A DNA stretch of 64,000 nt, taken from positions 500,578 through 564,577 of the forward strand of contig CAWHXP010000008.1 in NCBI GenBank assembly GCA_963833425.1, in the 5' to 3' direction. Positions within the stretch are counted from its first letter, which is position 1. Each line of letters begins with the position of its first letter. Made by a program: the position numbers and the translations under genes. Positions 32,849 to 44,236 of the stretch are shown piece by piece. The notes beneath the pieces were generated by a model, which was not told the origin of the DNA, ran no database searches, and was given only the letters and a program-made list of their open reading frames with translations. The stretch comes from an uncultured Methanosarcinaceae archaeon. Its GTDB lineage: Archaea; Halobacteriota; Methanosarcinia; Methanosarcinales; Methanosarcinaceae.

Positions 32849-33642
32849 TTTTTGAATAACGAATCTCTTTGCAGTGTTTCACAAAAATTCCGCATCTAAA
32901 AGCTTTTTTAAATAAGATATGTAAAACGATTTGAAGAACGATATGAATACAAATGAACAACAACTAGCATCTTCTAAAAATCTCAAAATAGTAGAAAATG
33001 CAATGATTTAACTAATGTGATCGAGATCAGTACATATCGTAAAGTTGAAAAAGTATAATTTTATATATATTTAATGTAAAATTTAGAAAGTCAGGTCTTT
33101 AATAAATTCAACGATACTTCATGCTTAGTCCTATGAAAGACGAAAGTTATGAATAAATCTTCATTGAAAAGCTCGTAGGTATATATAGTACGGATATATA
33201 CATATGAAAATATTGAGTGTGTTGACATGATAAACGTAAAAAAATACATAAGATATATAATCATTGGTTGTTTTATTGGATTATTATTGATTTATCTACG
33301 TTTCAAGAAAATAAATATTCAAAAATAAGCTTCTAGCAGATGTGCTCAGTACATTTGTTTTTAAGAATCTTCATTGATGATGTATCTGTATTCCAAATCA
33401 AAAAAAAAATTAAAAGCATGAAGCAAAATGGACATAATATGGATAGTGTAACGATCAAGTTGAGTAAAAAACTATCATTTTCCGTCTTTAATGCTATTAA
33501 TCAGCTAATATATGCGGGCTGATTTCATTTAACTGTCAACTATTTATCACTCCTTTATGGACCTGCAGCTTACTCAGATATTGGACCTAACGACATCTTT
33601 AAAAAGGCTAATTTTATTCACATAATAAAAATGTTTTTAATT

Positions 33643-34640
33643 GGCTCTGTAAAAATGCTCTAACTTGAACTTTTACACTATAGTATTAATAACTATTCAG
33701 TTCTAATATTTTCTTATTTTTTCGCTAAAAACGAAGAAACATTCGATATTGAAATTTAGTAAGTACATCAAATTTGTTGATACCAGCCCTGAAACTGTTC
33801 AGTCTTCGAGACTGAAGCTTTATTCCTGCAAGTATTAAAAATACGTTTATACCAGCATCAGCTTCTTGTACTGGTTTTATCGAAAGAGTATATTAGCACA
33901 TAATATCGGGATTTTGTAGAACTCATTAATCTTATTAGCGATATAAAAGAAAAACTTGCTCTTGATAAGATTCCTCATTTTACTACCCTTCAAAAGTTTG
34001 TAACTAGGATTCCCTCCTCTTTGTTTAACCTTCGTCTGTCAAGGATTCTAAAGCTGTTTTACTCATATGGAGAAAATGTCTCTGTTGCATCAATCGCTGC
34101 AACAGGATTTCGAGTTCATACGCAAGTTATTATTATTCCAGAAGAACAGAAAGCTTCGAAGAAGCTTCCTGAGAACTTCAATGTCAGTGGACACAAGTAA
34201 AAAGATAATATTGGGATGGAAAATTAGTCAAAAAACAGACCATGAAATCAAACATGCAAATGCTCTGATAAGGCAATCAAATAATATGAGAAAGTCTGAT
34301 TATTATGTAATGGATAAAGGATACAATTCAGAAAAAATACATTCTATAATTAGAGAAGAAATCAAAACAGATTCAATTATACCTGTAAGAGAGAGAAAAA
34401 GAAAGAAAATAAGATGTAAATATAGAAAACAGTTGAATCTGGTCTTTGACAGAATTAAATATAATCAAAGAAATATCGTGGAGACAACATACTCTGTAGT
34501 GAAAAGGAAGTTCGGAGAAACACTTCGGGCAAGAAGATCCGTAATCAAGTAAAGGAAATTAAACTTAAACTCATAGTGTACAACATAGACAAAAAAGTTA
34601 TAGAAATAATTTGCATCAAACTAAGGATTTCTACAGAGCC
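33643..34640 (+). mobile_element. IS5-family insertion sequence, second full-length copy, transposase disrupted
   Basis: GGCTCTGTAAAAAT...ATTTCTACAGAGCC; flanks TTTTAATT / TTTTAAAT (8-bp TSD, 1 mismatch); VMDKGYNSE, YNQRNIVET; colinear with 876-1872. Confidence 0.92.
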
Positions 34641-34946
34641 TTTTAAATAATAATTAATGTATCCAGATTTCTCGAAGCCATTTACGGGACGCACATATAT
34701 AGTATTTACATACTTGATGAAGATGTTATTTAAGAGTGATCTTTCTGGACTTTAGCAAATATTAAAGCTTGATAATAAGAAAACTTTTTATCTCGGTTCT
34801 CCAATATACGCAACGTTTTTAATCATCTTCTATAATTATGAAGCAACTGATAACTATTTACTCTTAAAGTTCATTTGATTCTGTGTGAAGCCGCTGAAAA
34901 GCGGATGATATCAGTGTAGTTGTAAATTATAAAGCGAGGCTTATAA

Positions 34947-35198
34947 ATGCAGTACCAGGCAAAAGTTACAATTGAACTGAAGGCAGGCATGCTTGACCCT
35001 GAGGGCACTACAGCAAAAAGGGCTCTTGGACACCTTGGCTACGATGTCAGCAGTGTAAAGACCGCAAAGCTATACGAGATCGTAATAGAAGCCGAATCTT
35101 TAGATACCGCACAGCATAAGGTTGAAGAGATGTGCCAGAAGCTTATTGCGAATCCAATTATTCACAACTACAGAATCAAGCTCCAGGAGATTAATTGA
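34947..35198 (+). CDS. purS: Phosphoribosylformylglycinamidine synthase subunit PurS
   Basis: LDPEG, MCQKLIANPII; adjacent to purQ. Confidence 0.95.
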   Translation: MQYQAKVTIELKAGMLDPEGTTAKRALGHLGYDVSSVKTAKLYEIVIEAESLDTAQHKVEEMCQKLIANPIIHNYRIKLQEIN

Positions 35199-35271
35199 GA
35201 GTTAACTAGCAAAAGAATTGAAACATCTGAAAAGCTAAAAGTTTCAAAAAACTGAAAACTGAGGGAAAAAT

Positions 35272-35970
35272 ATGAAGGTTGCCATTATTCGGTTCGGAGG
35301 CACAAACTGTGACCTGGACGTGCTGCACGTTCTTAAAGATGTTGTGGGTGTTGACGCAGAGACTGTCTGGTATAAGCAGGAAAAACTAACAGGCTTTGAC
35401 GGAGTCATTATCCCTGGTGGCTTTTCTTATGGAGACTATTTGAGAGCAGGGGCAATCGCAGCCCGCACTCCAATTATGGATTCTGTAAAAAAACTTGCAG
35501 CTGAAGGAAAGCCTGTCCTTGGGATTTGTAACGGTTTTCAGGTTCTCACAGAAGCGAGACTTCTTGAAGGGGCTCTTACAACTAATGAATACCCGAAATT
35601 TAGATGCCACTGGACAAAAATCAGAGTAGAGACGGTAAATACCCCGTTTACCTCGAAGTTCAGAAAAGGTGAACTTGTAAGGATGCCAATTGCCCACATG
35701 GAAGGGAAATTTTATACCGATGAGAAAACGCTATCAGAACTTGACGAAAACGACCAGGTAGTTTTCCGTTATGCAGATGAAAACGGGGTAATAACGGACG
35801 CATCTAACCCCAATGGTTCTCTAGAAAATATCGCAGGGACGGTAAGTACTTCACGAAATATTCTCGGTTTAATGCCCCATCCTGAAAGAACTTCCGAATC
35901 GATCCTAGGCTCAGATGATGGCTTACGCGTCTTTGAGTCGATGGCAGATTATATTACCGAAAATTTCTAA
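35272..35970 (+). CDS. purQ: Phosphoribosylformylglycinamidine synthase I (glutaminase subunit)
   Basis: GGFSYGDYLR, GICNGFQ, NPNGS, MPHPER. Confidence 0.96.
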   Translation: MKVAIIRFGGTNCDLDVLHVLKDVVGVDAETVWYKQEKLTGFDGVIIPGGFSYGDYLRAGAIAARTPIMDSVKKLAAEGKPVLGICNGFQVLTEARLLEGALTTNEYPKFRCHWTKIRVETVNTPFTSKFRKGELVRMPIAHMEGKFYTDEKTLSELDENDQVVFRYADENGVITDASNPNGSLENIAGTVSTSRNILGLMPHPERTSESILGSDDGLRVFESMADYITENF

Positions 35971-36847
35971 TCCACATTATTTTCAATCTATTTTTTCTCT
36001 AGTTGACATACTAGCTGGTTGAAGATGTATTACTCTTCTCCAGTCGAATGCTCCATAGCTTGCAGAGTCGAGAAGAAATGTCCATATAAACCTCTATTAA
36101 TCAACTTATTCATTTTTTAAGCCGTTTTCGAAATGTAATATGTAGATATTAGCGTAAACTATTGAGCCTATGAAATTAGGTATCACATCATTTTTTACAT
36201 TAAGTATCGTAAAAAATTTATTATAGACAACGATACAATCAATTGTTTGAAATATATCCTTTGAAGTTGGTTAAGGTGGTATTTTGAGTTTGATGCAATC
36301 GATTCAGAGTTTGTCTGTAAGTCTTTTCTTTTGGGATAAGCTAAAATATTATCTTCCAAGAGTCATGCAGTTTATAGAATATAATACAGCACAAAAATCT
36401 TTGAAGATTACTCTATAGTTCAATAAATTTGCCGAATGAGGAACTATGGAGATTTAATTGGAACTTGGTGAGTGTAAAACTGTATATTTAATTAAAAACT
36501 ATTTTGAAAAAAAAAGTGAAGCCATAACGAAAAAAAGCATATAAGCAAATGAAAATAGTTGAATTGGAATAATTCCTTGCTATCCAGAGCGAGGTACCAA
36601 CATGCCCAGTTACCTCCAATAAGTTGGTCACATCAGCTCGAATTTCTCCAATGAGGCCTAATTTTCTTTTTTACTCAAATCCATGGGACTTCACTGCCTA
36701 GGGAGATTGATTGAATAGGTAAGAGGATACAATTCATGCTTCACTTGAGTAATATTGAACAATTAACTGTGACGATCAGATACTCAAAAAAAGAATTGAA
36801 AAAGGGAATTAAGTATTTTTAACACCCTTCTTCAGACCGAGCTTAAA

Positions 36848-37255
36848 TTACTCTGCTTTTGCTCCTTCTGCGGTTTCGAGGCCCAAAAGTGCTTTAATGG
36901 ATTTGTTTCCGTATTCAACAACTTTGGCGTTGATCTGAACAATGTCAGGAGCAATTTCTTTACCACGCATCATTTTTCTCCTACGCTGTCCAGGGAGTTT
37001 AGGGGTATAACCTACACCTACTGCCAACAAAATTTTTTGCCTTCTGGGACCCGGAAGATCTGGTTTCATAACAAAACCACTGCCATCGCAACCACCAGTT
37101 ATCTTGACTTTGTATCCGGCAAGACCGAAGATTGTACCTTCAACAACTTCACCAATAGACTTTCCAATTAATGCGTTTGCTTCAGCGTCTTTTATGTTAA
37201 GTTGATAAGCACGCGCTTCTTTTGGGTCAGAAATTACGACTCTAAAATTTGCCAT
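36848..37255 (-). CDS. rps6e: 30S ribosomal protein S6e
   Basis: [28 protein letters not shown]. Confidence 0.95.
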   Translation of the reverse strand: MANFRVVISDPKEARAYQLNIKDAEANALIGKSIGEVVEGTIFGLAGYKVKITGGCDGSGFVMKPDLPGPRRQKILLAVGVGYTPKLPGQRRRKMMRGKEIAPDIVQINAKVVEYGNKSIKALLGLETAEGAKAE

Positions 37256-37391
37256 ATAATAAATCCTCCAATATCAGTTTTCTCTGCAATAATTGCTTTG
37301 CCTTGCTGTATTCTCTTTACCAGAATCCTCACCTGAATTTTTATCTCAATTCTTAACGATCCTGAACCTATCTATTCAACTTCAATATCTA

Positions 37392-39170
37392 TCACTTTGC
37401 CCAAAAGGGGTTATCTTTTCTTTTGAGTCCAAGTAAAATATCAAGAGTTTCTTTTTCATCGGTTGACAGGGACTCATATATCTCTTGTTCAAGAACTTTG
37501 GCATGCCGCTCTGGCACATTGATGTAGATAACATCTTCTTCTTTGATTTGTCTACCCACAGTTACACCGTCAATTGCCATTGCAACTTCCTTGCCTACCC
37601 TTGCAGAAGGAATATTTTCCCCTTCCGCCTGGAGGCCCTTGATCTTACCCACAACGTTCCCATTTTCGAGGATAATATCTACGTTCGTTCGCACAACTCC
37701 ACCAAGTATTCGTACCCCTACAACTGCGGGTTTGCTCTGACGAAACACACATCCTGGAAGAATTTTGAATTTTCCCGGGCGAATAATAGTTTCTAAAATC
37801 TTTTTTTCGGACATTTCCTGTTGTTCTTTTACATACTTATGGTAATCCTCAATCAGACGGTAGATTACATCATTAATAAATATCTTCACACTACTACTTT
37901 CCTGCAGAAAATCTCTGGCATCAGAGTGAATTTTGACATTGAAACCTATAATTACCGAATAGAGTGAATCTTCAACTGTGGAAGCACCCACCACATCTCT
38001 GTGCGAGATGTCTCCGACCTCAGCTTTCCTTATTGGTACTTTATCCTTCTGGAACTCGTGAGCAAGGGCTTCAAGGGAGCCCAAAGTATCGGCTTTTATC
38101 ATTATTCCATTAGTACCCGTATCAATCCTGACTTCATCAATCTCAGACTTTACCTGGGCTACAACTTCCTCAAGGGTTTCTTCCGTAGCAACCCGTAAGG
38201 GAGCACCAGCAATAGCACCTTCGAGATCTGGTGCCGATATCTTTACACCAGCTGCAGCAGTGACCTTATTCACTTGCTGGAACTTGCTTTCGTAGCGCAT
38301 CTCGGAGAGATCCCTGGGCTTCAAGAGAGCCCTTATTTTTGTATTGATCGGTTCTCCCAGGCTCCCTATAATAATAGTATCTCCTTTTTTCAACATGCCA
38401 TCGTAGAGGATAATATCAAGTGTTATACCCAGACCCTTTTCTTCCTTAACCTCAAGAACTGTCCCGACACCAGGGCTTTTGGAGCTGTACTGCAAGTTTG
38501 CTTCGAGGAATTTCTGAGCCAATCCTATGAGTACCATCAGGACATCAGGAATTCCTTCACCTGTAATAGCACTTACAGGCACTATTCCTAGAGTTTTTTG
38601 GAAGTTCGTGACCCGATCATAGCGCTCTGCGGCAAAACCCTGGTTGTATAATTCACCAACTAATTCGTAAAGTTTTGTTTCCAGTCTAGACTGAACACCT
38701 TCAGATTGTTTTTTGAAAGTAAAGGCAAAAGACGAGTCTTTTTGTGAGATCCAATCCTTTATCCTGTCTATCTTGTTGGCAACAACAACAAAAGGAGTCT
38801 TGAATCGCTTTAAGATTTGCAAGCTTTCGTAGGTTTGAGGCTTGAAGCCCTCATTTATATCCACTACAACAATAGCAAGATCGGCAAGAGCTCCTCCTCT
38901 GCTCCGAAGAGTTGTAAAGGCCTGATGTCCAGGTGTATCAATAAAAAGCAATCCTGGTACTTGAAATTGGTGTATAAGCTTTGGATCCCTGAGTTTATCG
39001 GCAATTACACCTATCTTAACTTCAGTTGCTCCAATATGTTGTGTGATAGCCCCAGCTTCTCCACTAACGATTGTAGTACCCCTTATCTTGTCCAGGAGAG
39101 TAGTTTTTCCGTGATCTACGTGCCCCATCACGCAGACTATAGGAGTCCGCAAATTTTTCTCGTCGATCAT
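37392..39170 (-). CDS. infB: Translation initiation factor 2 (aIF5B)
   Basis: LRTPIVCVMGHVDHGKT, ITQHIGA, DTPGH, NKID. Confidence 0.96.
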   Translation of the reverse strand: MIDEKNLRTPIVCVMGHVDHGKTTLLDKIRGTTIVSGEAGAITQHIGATEVKIGVIADKLRDPKLIHQFQVPGLLFIDTPGHQAFTTLRSRGGALADLAIVVVDINEGFKPQTYESLQILKRFKTPFVVVANKIDRIKDWISQKDSSFAFTFKKQSEGVQSRLETKLYELVGELYNQGFAAERYDRVTNFQKTLGIVPVSAITGEGIPDVLMVLIGLAQKFLEANLQYSSKSPGVGTVLEVKEEKGLGITLDIILYDGMLKKGDTIIIGSLGEPINTKIRALLKPRDLSEMRYESKFQQVNKVTAAAGVKISAPDLEGAIAGAPLRVATEETLEEVVAQVKSEIDEVRIDTGTNGIMIKADTLGSLEALAHEFQKDKVPIRKAEVGDISHRDVVGASTVEDSLYSVIIGFNVKIHSDARDFLQESSSVKIFINDVIYRLIEDYHKYVKEQQEMSEKKILETIIRPGKFKILPGCVFRQSKPAVVGVRILGGVVRTNVDIILENGNVVGKIKGLQAEGENIPSARVGKEVAMAIDGVTVGRQIKEEDVIYINVPERHAKVLEQEIYESLSTDEKETLDILLGLKRKDNPFWAK

Positions 39171-39322
39171 ATGCAAAACCTCTCTCATTCCTGCGTCCTA
39201 TTCCCTGCAGATCCAAATGGATCAGAGCTTCCCACTACGGACCCATATTACAAGCACAAATAATCTAATCCTGCAACCATAACGTTATGTTTTAGAAATA
39301 TTAAATCTTGGATTTGCTATCT

Positions 39323-39772
39323 TTATTCATAAATACAGACATCATCAACCTTGGAATATTTCCAAATTTCGGTGTCCTTAAAGTGGATTGCAATTTCCCT
39401 TGCTGCAGCATCAGAGGAATCGGATGTATGAATCACATTCCTGCCGATATCCAGAGAAAAATCTCCACGAATAGTTCCTGGAGTCGCATCTACGGGATTT
39501 GTAGCGCCGGAAATAGTCCTCATGATCTTAATTACATCTTTCCCGGCAACTACCATTGAGACTGAGGGACCGGAGATGATAAATTTAACTAGGGATGTGA
39601 AGAACGGCTTTGTCTCATGTTCACTGTAATGTTCCTTGGCAGTGCCTTCCTTGATAACATTCATTCTGAGTGAGATTATTTTCAAACCTCTCCTTTCTAT
39701 TTTGGAAATAATCTCTCCAATCAGCCCACGCTGAACCCCATCAGGTTTCACCATAACGTAAGTTTGTTCCAT
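39323..39772 (-). CDS. ndk: Nucleoside diphosphate kinase
   Basis: VKPDGVQRGL, PGTIRGDF, NVIHTSDS. Confidence 0.96.
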   Translation of the reverse strand: MEQTYVMVKPDGVQRGLIGEIISKIERRGLKIISLRMNVIKEGTAKEHYSEHETKPFFTSLVKFIISGPSVSMVVAGKDVIKIMRTISGATNPVDATPGTIRGDFSLDIGRNVIHTSDSSDAAAREIAIHFKDTEIWKYSKVDDVCIYE

Positions 39773-39819
39773 TCTATACACCTTGACGATATCCGAATAA
39801 TTAATAGACAATTCCATTA

Positions 39820-40008
<189 letters not shown>

Positions 40009-40024
40009 TTACCTCACCGCTTTC

Positions 40025-40264
<240 letters not shown>

Positions 40265-40270
40265 TCAAAA

Positions 40271-40684
<414 letters not shown>

Positions 40685-40976
40685 GTCTTTTAACACATAT
40701 TGTCGAGATTGAAAATCCAAATTCCGGAAAAAGAACCTGAAAATTCTTCAATGTGTAAAGTAATTTAGCTAAAATACATATCAATGCTGGCTAAACGCTC
40801 AGATCGGACCTTAGAAGTACATAATTACCTATAAACTTTCTGCTTGAAAACAGGGATCATAACCGAAATGCAAAAGCAAAGCAATAAAAACAGTATGTAA
40901 ACGAGCATTTCCAATGTAGGGATAGTAAATAATTCAAGGCGTTATAGTTATAAATAATGTAATAATTTTGATTCGC

Positions 40977-41594
40977 ATGAACACAATTTGCTATGAAGCT
41001 CATAAAAATCTATACATTAACCTTACTAATCGCTGCAGTGGGGACTGTATATTTTGTATCCGCAACTTTGCAGACGGAGTTTATGGATATGATCTGAGGC
41101 TTTCAAAGGAACCATCAATAGATGAGGTCATCGAAGTACTTGAAGAAAAGAATCTTTCTGAATATAAGGAAATAGTATTCGCAGGTCTTGGGGAACCTAC
41201 ACTCAGATTCGAATTCGTGCTTGAAGTAGCACACTGGCTTAAAAACAGACATCTTAAAGTCAGACTAGATACCAATGGACATGTAGCCCTCATAAATCCC
41301 AACAAAAATGTCATTCTTGAATTGAAAAAAGTAGGAATAGATTCCATATCTGTCAGCCTGAACGCCGAGTGCGAAGAAAAATATAACAAACTTTGCAGAC
41401 CAATTCACAAGAACTCTTACAGAGCCGTACTTAATTTTATTAAGGAAGCAAGAATGACCGGAATCTGTATCAGAGTTACAGTAGTTGACTTGTTAAAAAT
41501 AGATATTGGCAACTGTAAAAAGATTGCAGAAAAGCTTGATTCCGAATTCCATGTAAGGACTTTATACGAGTCCGAGAATAACGAAATCTATTAG
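40977..41594 (+). CDS. TatD-associated radical SAM protein
   Basis: YINLTNRCSGDCIFCIR (CxxxCxxC), GLGEPT, RLDTNG. Confidence 0.88.
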   Translation: MNTICYEAHKNLYINLTNRCSGDCIFCIRNFADGVYGYDLRLSKEPSIDEVIEVLEEKNLSEYKEIVFAGLGEPTLRFEFVLEVAHWLKNRHLKVRLDTNGHVALINPNKNVILELKKVGIDSISVSLNAECEEKYNKLCRPIHKNSYRAVLNFIKEARMTGICIRVTVVDLLKIDIGNCKKIAEKLDSEFHVRTLYESENNEIY

Positions 41595-41849
41595 GATTTA
41601 ATACCAGAGTCGAAAATTCGTATATTGTAATAATATGGGGACTCGGGCAGTTTACTGGAATATCAATGCCATTACATCTATCGTATAATATAACATTTCA
41701 CCAATATTATAGATATGGGTAATGATTTCAAAACCAGATCTCTTTATTTTAGCTTTGTTAAATGATGATCAACATAAATGCATCTTTTTTCAGTAAACAT
41801 ATTAGTTTAATATCAATTAATAGTTATCCCATAAAATAATTAGTATGCC

Positions 41850-42220
41850 AGTCTTCATTGACCCTGCAAGATGTCATAGCAATGTATAAGAGTAATTAAT
41901 TTTCTGGATTTGATATATAAATATTGAATTTTTTGGTTCTCTTCGCCAGGATATGATCCTTTTGCATTGAAATTTACCGAAATAAATTAGGCATGAAGTT
42001 CTTAAAGAAATAAAAGGGAATAGTAGCCTTAAAAACAAACATATAAACATCTAAACTGCTTCCGGAGTTAAAAAGGACATACTCAGAGCTTATGAATTAA
42101 TGTTAGTGCCTATATCGTTTAAACCATTTTACTTTAACGAATTCATGACAGTTATTGGACCCATAGCAGACTTCGGCTTAAAGCTGCAACATTACCACCA
42201 AAAAAGATTGGAAGCTTAAT
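41850..42220 (+). pseudogene. Heavily degraded CheY-like response regulator (Rcp1-type); boundaries approximate
   Basis: Fragments HEVLKEIKGNSSLK, TASGVKKDILRAYEL and KPFYFNEFMTVIGPIADFGLKAATLPPK match the receiver C-terminal pattern EVL.EIK...T.S....DI...Y....KP.....F...V..I..F......LP. Confidence 0.7.
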
Positions 42221-42989
42221 GAAAAATAGCGGTGTGTACAATTTTCTGTAAAATCTAATATGCATTCCTTAATCTTCTTTTTTGATTACTGATTAAATGT
42301 ACTAGTAAATGCAAAAAGAGTATTTGAAGCGCATAGGCAAATTCTGCTAAATTCCGAAGATCGATTTTAATTGAAAAAGACTCTTACAATTTTACGAGTC
42401 CGCGCATGCGAATTAGATTCAAGTTTCCAGTTAAATGACGTACCGTCAAGATCAATTTTATGAAGTCTTTGGGGTGCTTCTCGATATAAAGTAAGGATTC
42501 ACAATAAAAATTATAACTAGTATGCCATTTTGTCTGTAAAATCACAAGCATCAAGAAATTAATTTGCAGATAATTCCGTAGCTGAATAACCTAATCATAT
42601 AAATTATACCATAATTTAACTTTGAATTCACATTAGATTCGAAGCATCTCGGCAATATTTTGAAGAACTACAATGTAACATCGAAAAAGTCACTAGAAAA
42701 CCTTTGAAATTTGTATGCTAATTAAATATTAAAGATGCAAACTTGATCAATGAGAGCAATTGAAGCACTCGAGCTAAAAAAATCTCGATGCCGTATTTGA
42801 TAAACCCGTCTATATTAAACCAGATGATAATGAAAAATGACGGCTATTCTATGTAAATGTAGGGCGATTTAGGATGAAAAATTTTAATCATTTGATGAAT
42901 TGTGACTCTCTCTAACCTGAACAAACTTTGCTAGAATTTGTTTTCTGATTACATCAACATCATTTAAGATAATCTTAACGTTCTCGTTT

Positions 42990-43344
42990 TTATTCTATGA
43001 GACTGTATTAATTTTATCTATATTCACACCTACCATAAACATCAGGTAACCTTCTCTCCAAAATCCACATACGTATCCGACTGTCACCGCTTCAGCAGCT
43101 TTATTAAGGCGCTGCAGACACTCGGGGGCTCCATCAGCATTGCATTTTTCGATAAGTTGAACAAACTATAAAAGCTCTCAAGATTTTGAATTCTTGCCTT
43201 TTTTCATCCGGTCCTTGAAGGTTTGACACGTTGTTTGACACTTTATTCCTGCGAAGATGCTGCTAAAGCATAGGGTAATCTCAATGCAACTTTTTCACCG
43301 ATTAGATTTTGTTTTTCAGAGGTTGATTTCGGAGGCTTTGACAT
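42990..43344 (-). pseudogene. Probable relic of an unidentified small protein gene
   Basis: ATG after GGAG; protein-like fragments MSKPPKSTSEKQNLIGEKVA and CNADGAPECLQRLNKAAEAVTVGYVCGF interrupted by stops. Confidence 0.3.
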
Positions 43345-43849
43345 GGTCACACGTTTTTTTACTCCTTTAAATAAATATCTGTAACTATAATATTTACAAT
43401 TTTTTTTGTTTTCTGACGCACGAAACCAAGCTTTGGGCTATTAAGAGCCTATCTAAAAAATTGAGTAATCTCTATAACTTTTAAATACACAATAGAATGG
43501 GCATTTGTATTCTGTAGGCCGATTAAAACTTTTACAACATACCCTTCGCTTCTGCTAGAATCTAAGCTACAAATGAACGATTTTAGGGCCATTTAAGTCA
43601 TTTTTTTGAATGGGACAATAGAATCTTAATAAGGATCTAAGTAAGAAACCTACGATAGGGGTTGAGATTAAGCCAAACTTAATAATGAATAGTTATGAAT
43701 TTGCCAGTTAATAAAGGAAGTAAAGAAATTTCATCTTGGAATTCAAGAACATAATCAGCCAACATTATAGCTGTATGATTATAAGTCAACAAAAATTTTC
43801 TGCAGTGCTGCTGCGAGGGCATAAGGCAGTCAACACCCCCATCCCATAC

Positions 43850-44195
43850 TCACTGTCAAACCATTACAATACGCGTCTTAGATTCCTTGTCTTCTATCAA
43901 TTGATTGCCAACCTCCAAAGTCATTCGATAGATCTTGCCTGTGAACTCAAAAGGATACTGGTGTCTGGTGTAGCTAGTGATCTGTGAGCTAACCCACATA
44001 TTGCTCCACCGGTTAGCTCGAATACAACCTGACTACTCACGGGTGCATCAGCTTGACCTGCCGATTTCCCATCTATAAAAAGCTTAGTAGTTCCAGGTGA
44101 GCCACCGCCATTAGCAATATCTGGTTTATAAGTAACTTTTAACTCAAACCCGAGTTGATGTCTACCTTCAGAAACATTCTTGTTTGAGAAAGCAC
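43850..44195 (-). pseudogene. C-terminal remnant of an arylsulfatase-like gene
   Basis: SEGRHQLGFELKVTYKPDIANGGGSPGTTKLFIDGKSAGQAD...QYPFEFTGKIYRMTLEVGNQLIEDKESKTRIVMV*Q*; resembles C-termini of long arylsulfatases; one frameshift; no upstream catalytic part. Confidence 0.65.
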
Positions 44196-44236
44196 ATAAA
44201 GAGAATAAACGTTAAAATACCCTATGAATTTCAAAT

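Noticed and set aside
43736..43987. Small ORF next to the ATP-grasp gene as a RiPP precursor
   Set aside because: It is largely the antisense shadow of the sulfatase relic and has no leader/core pattern
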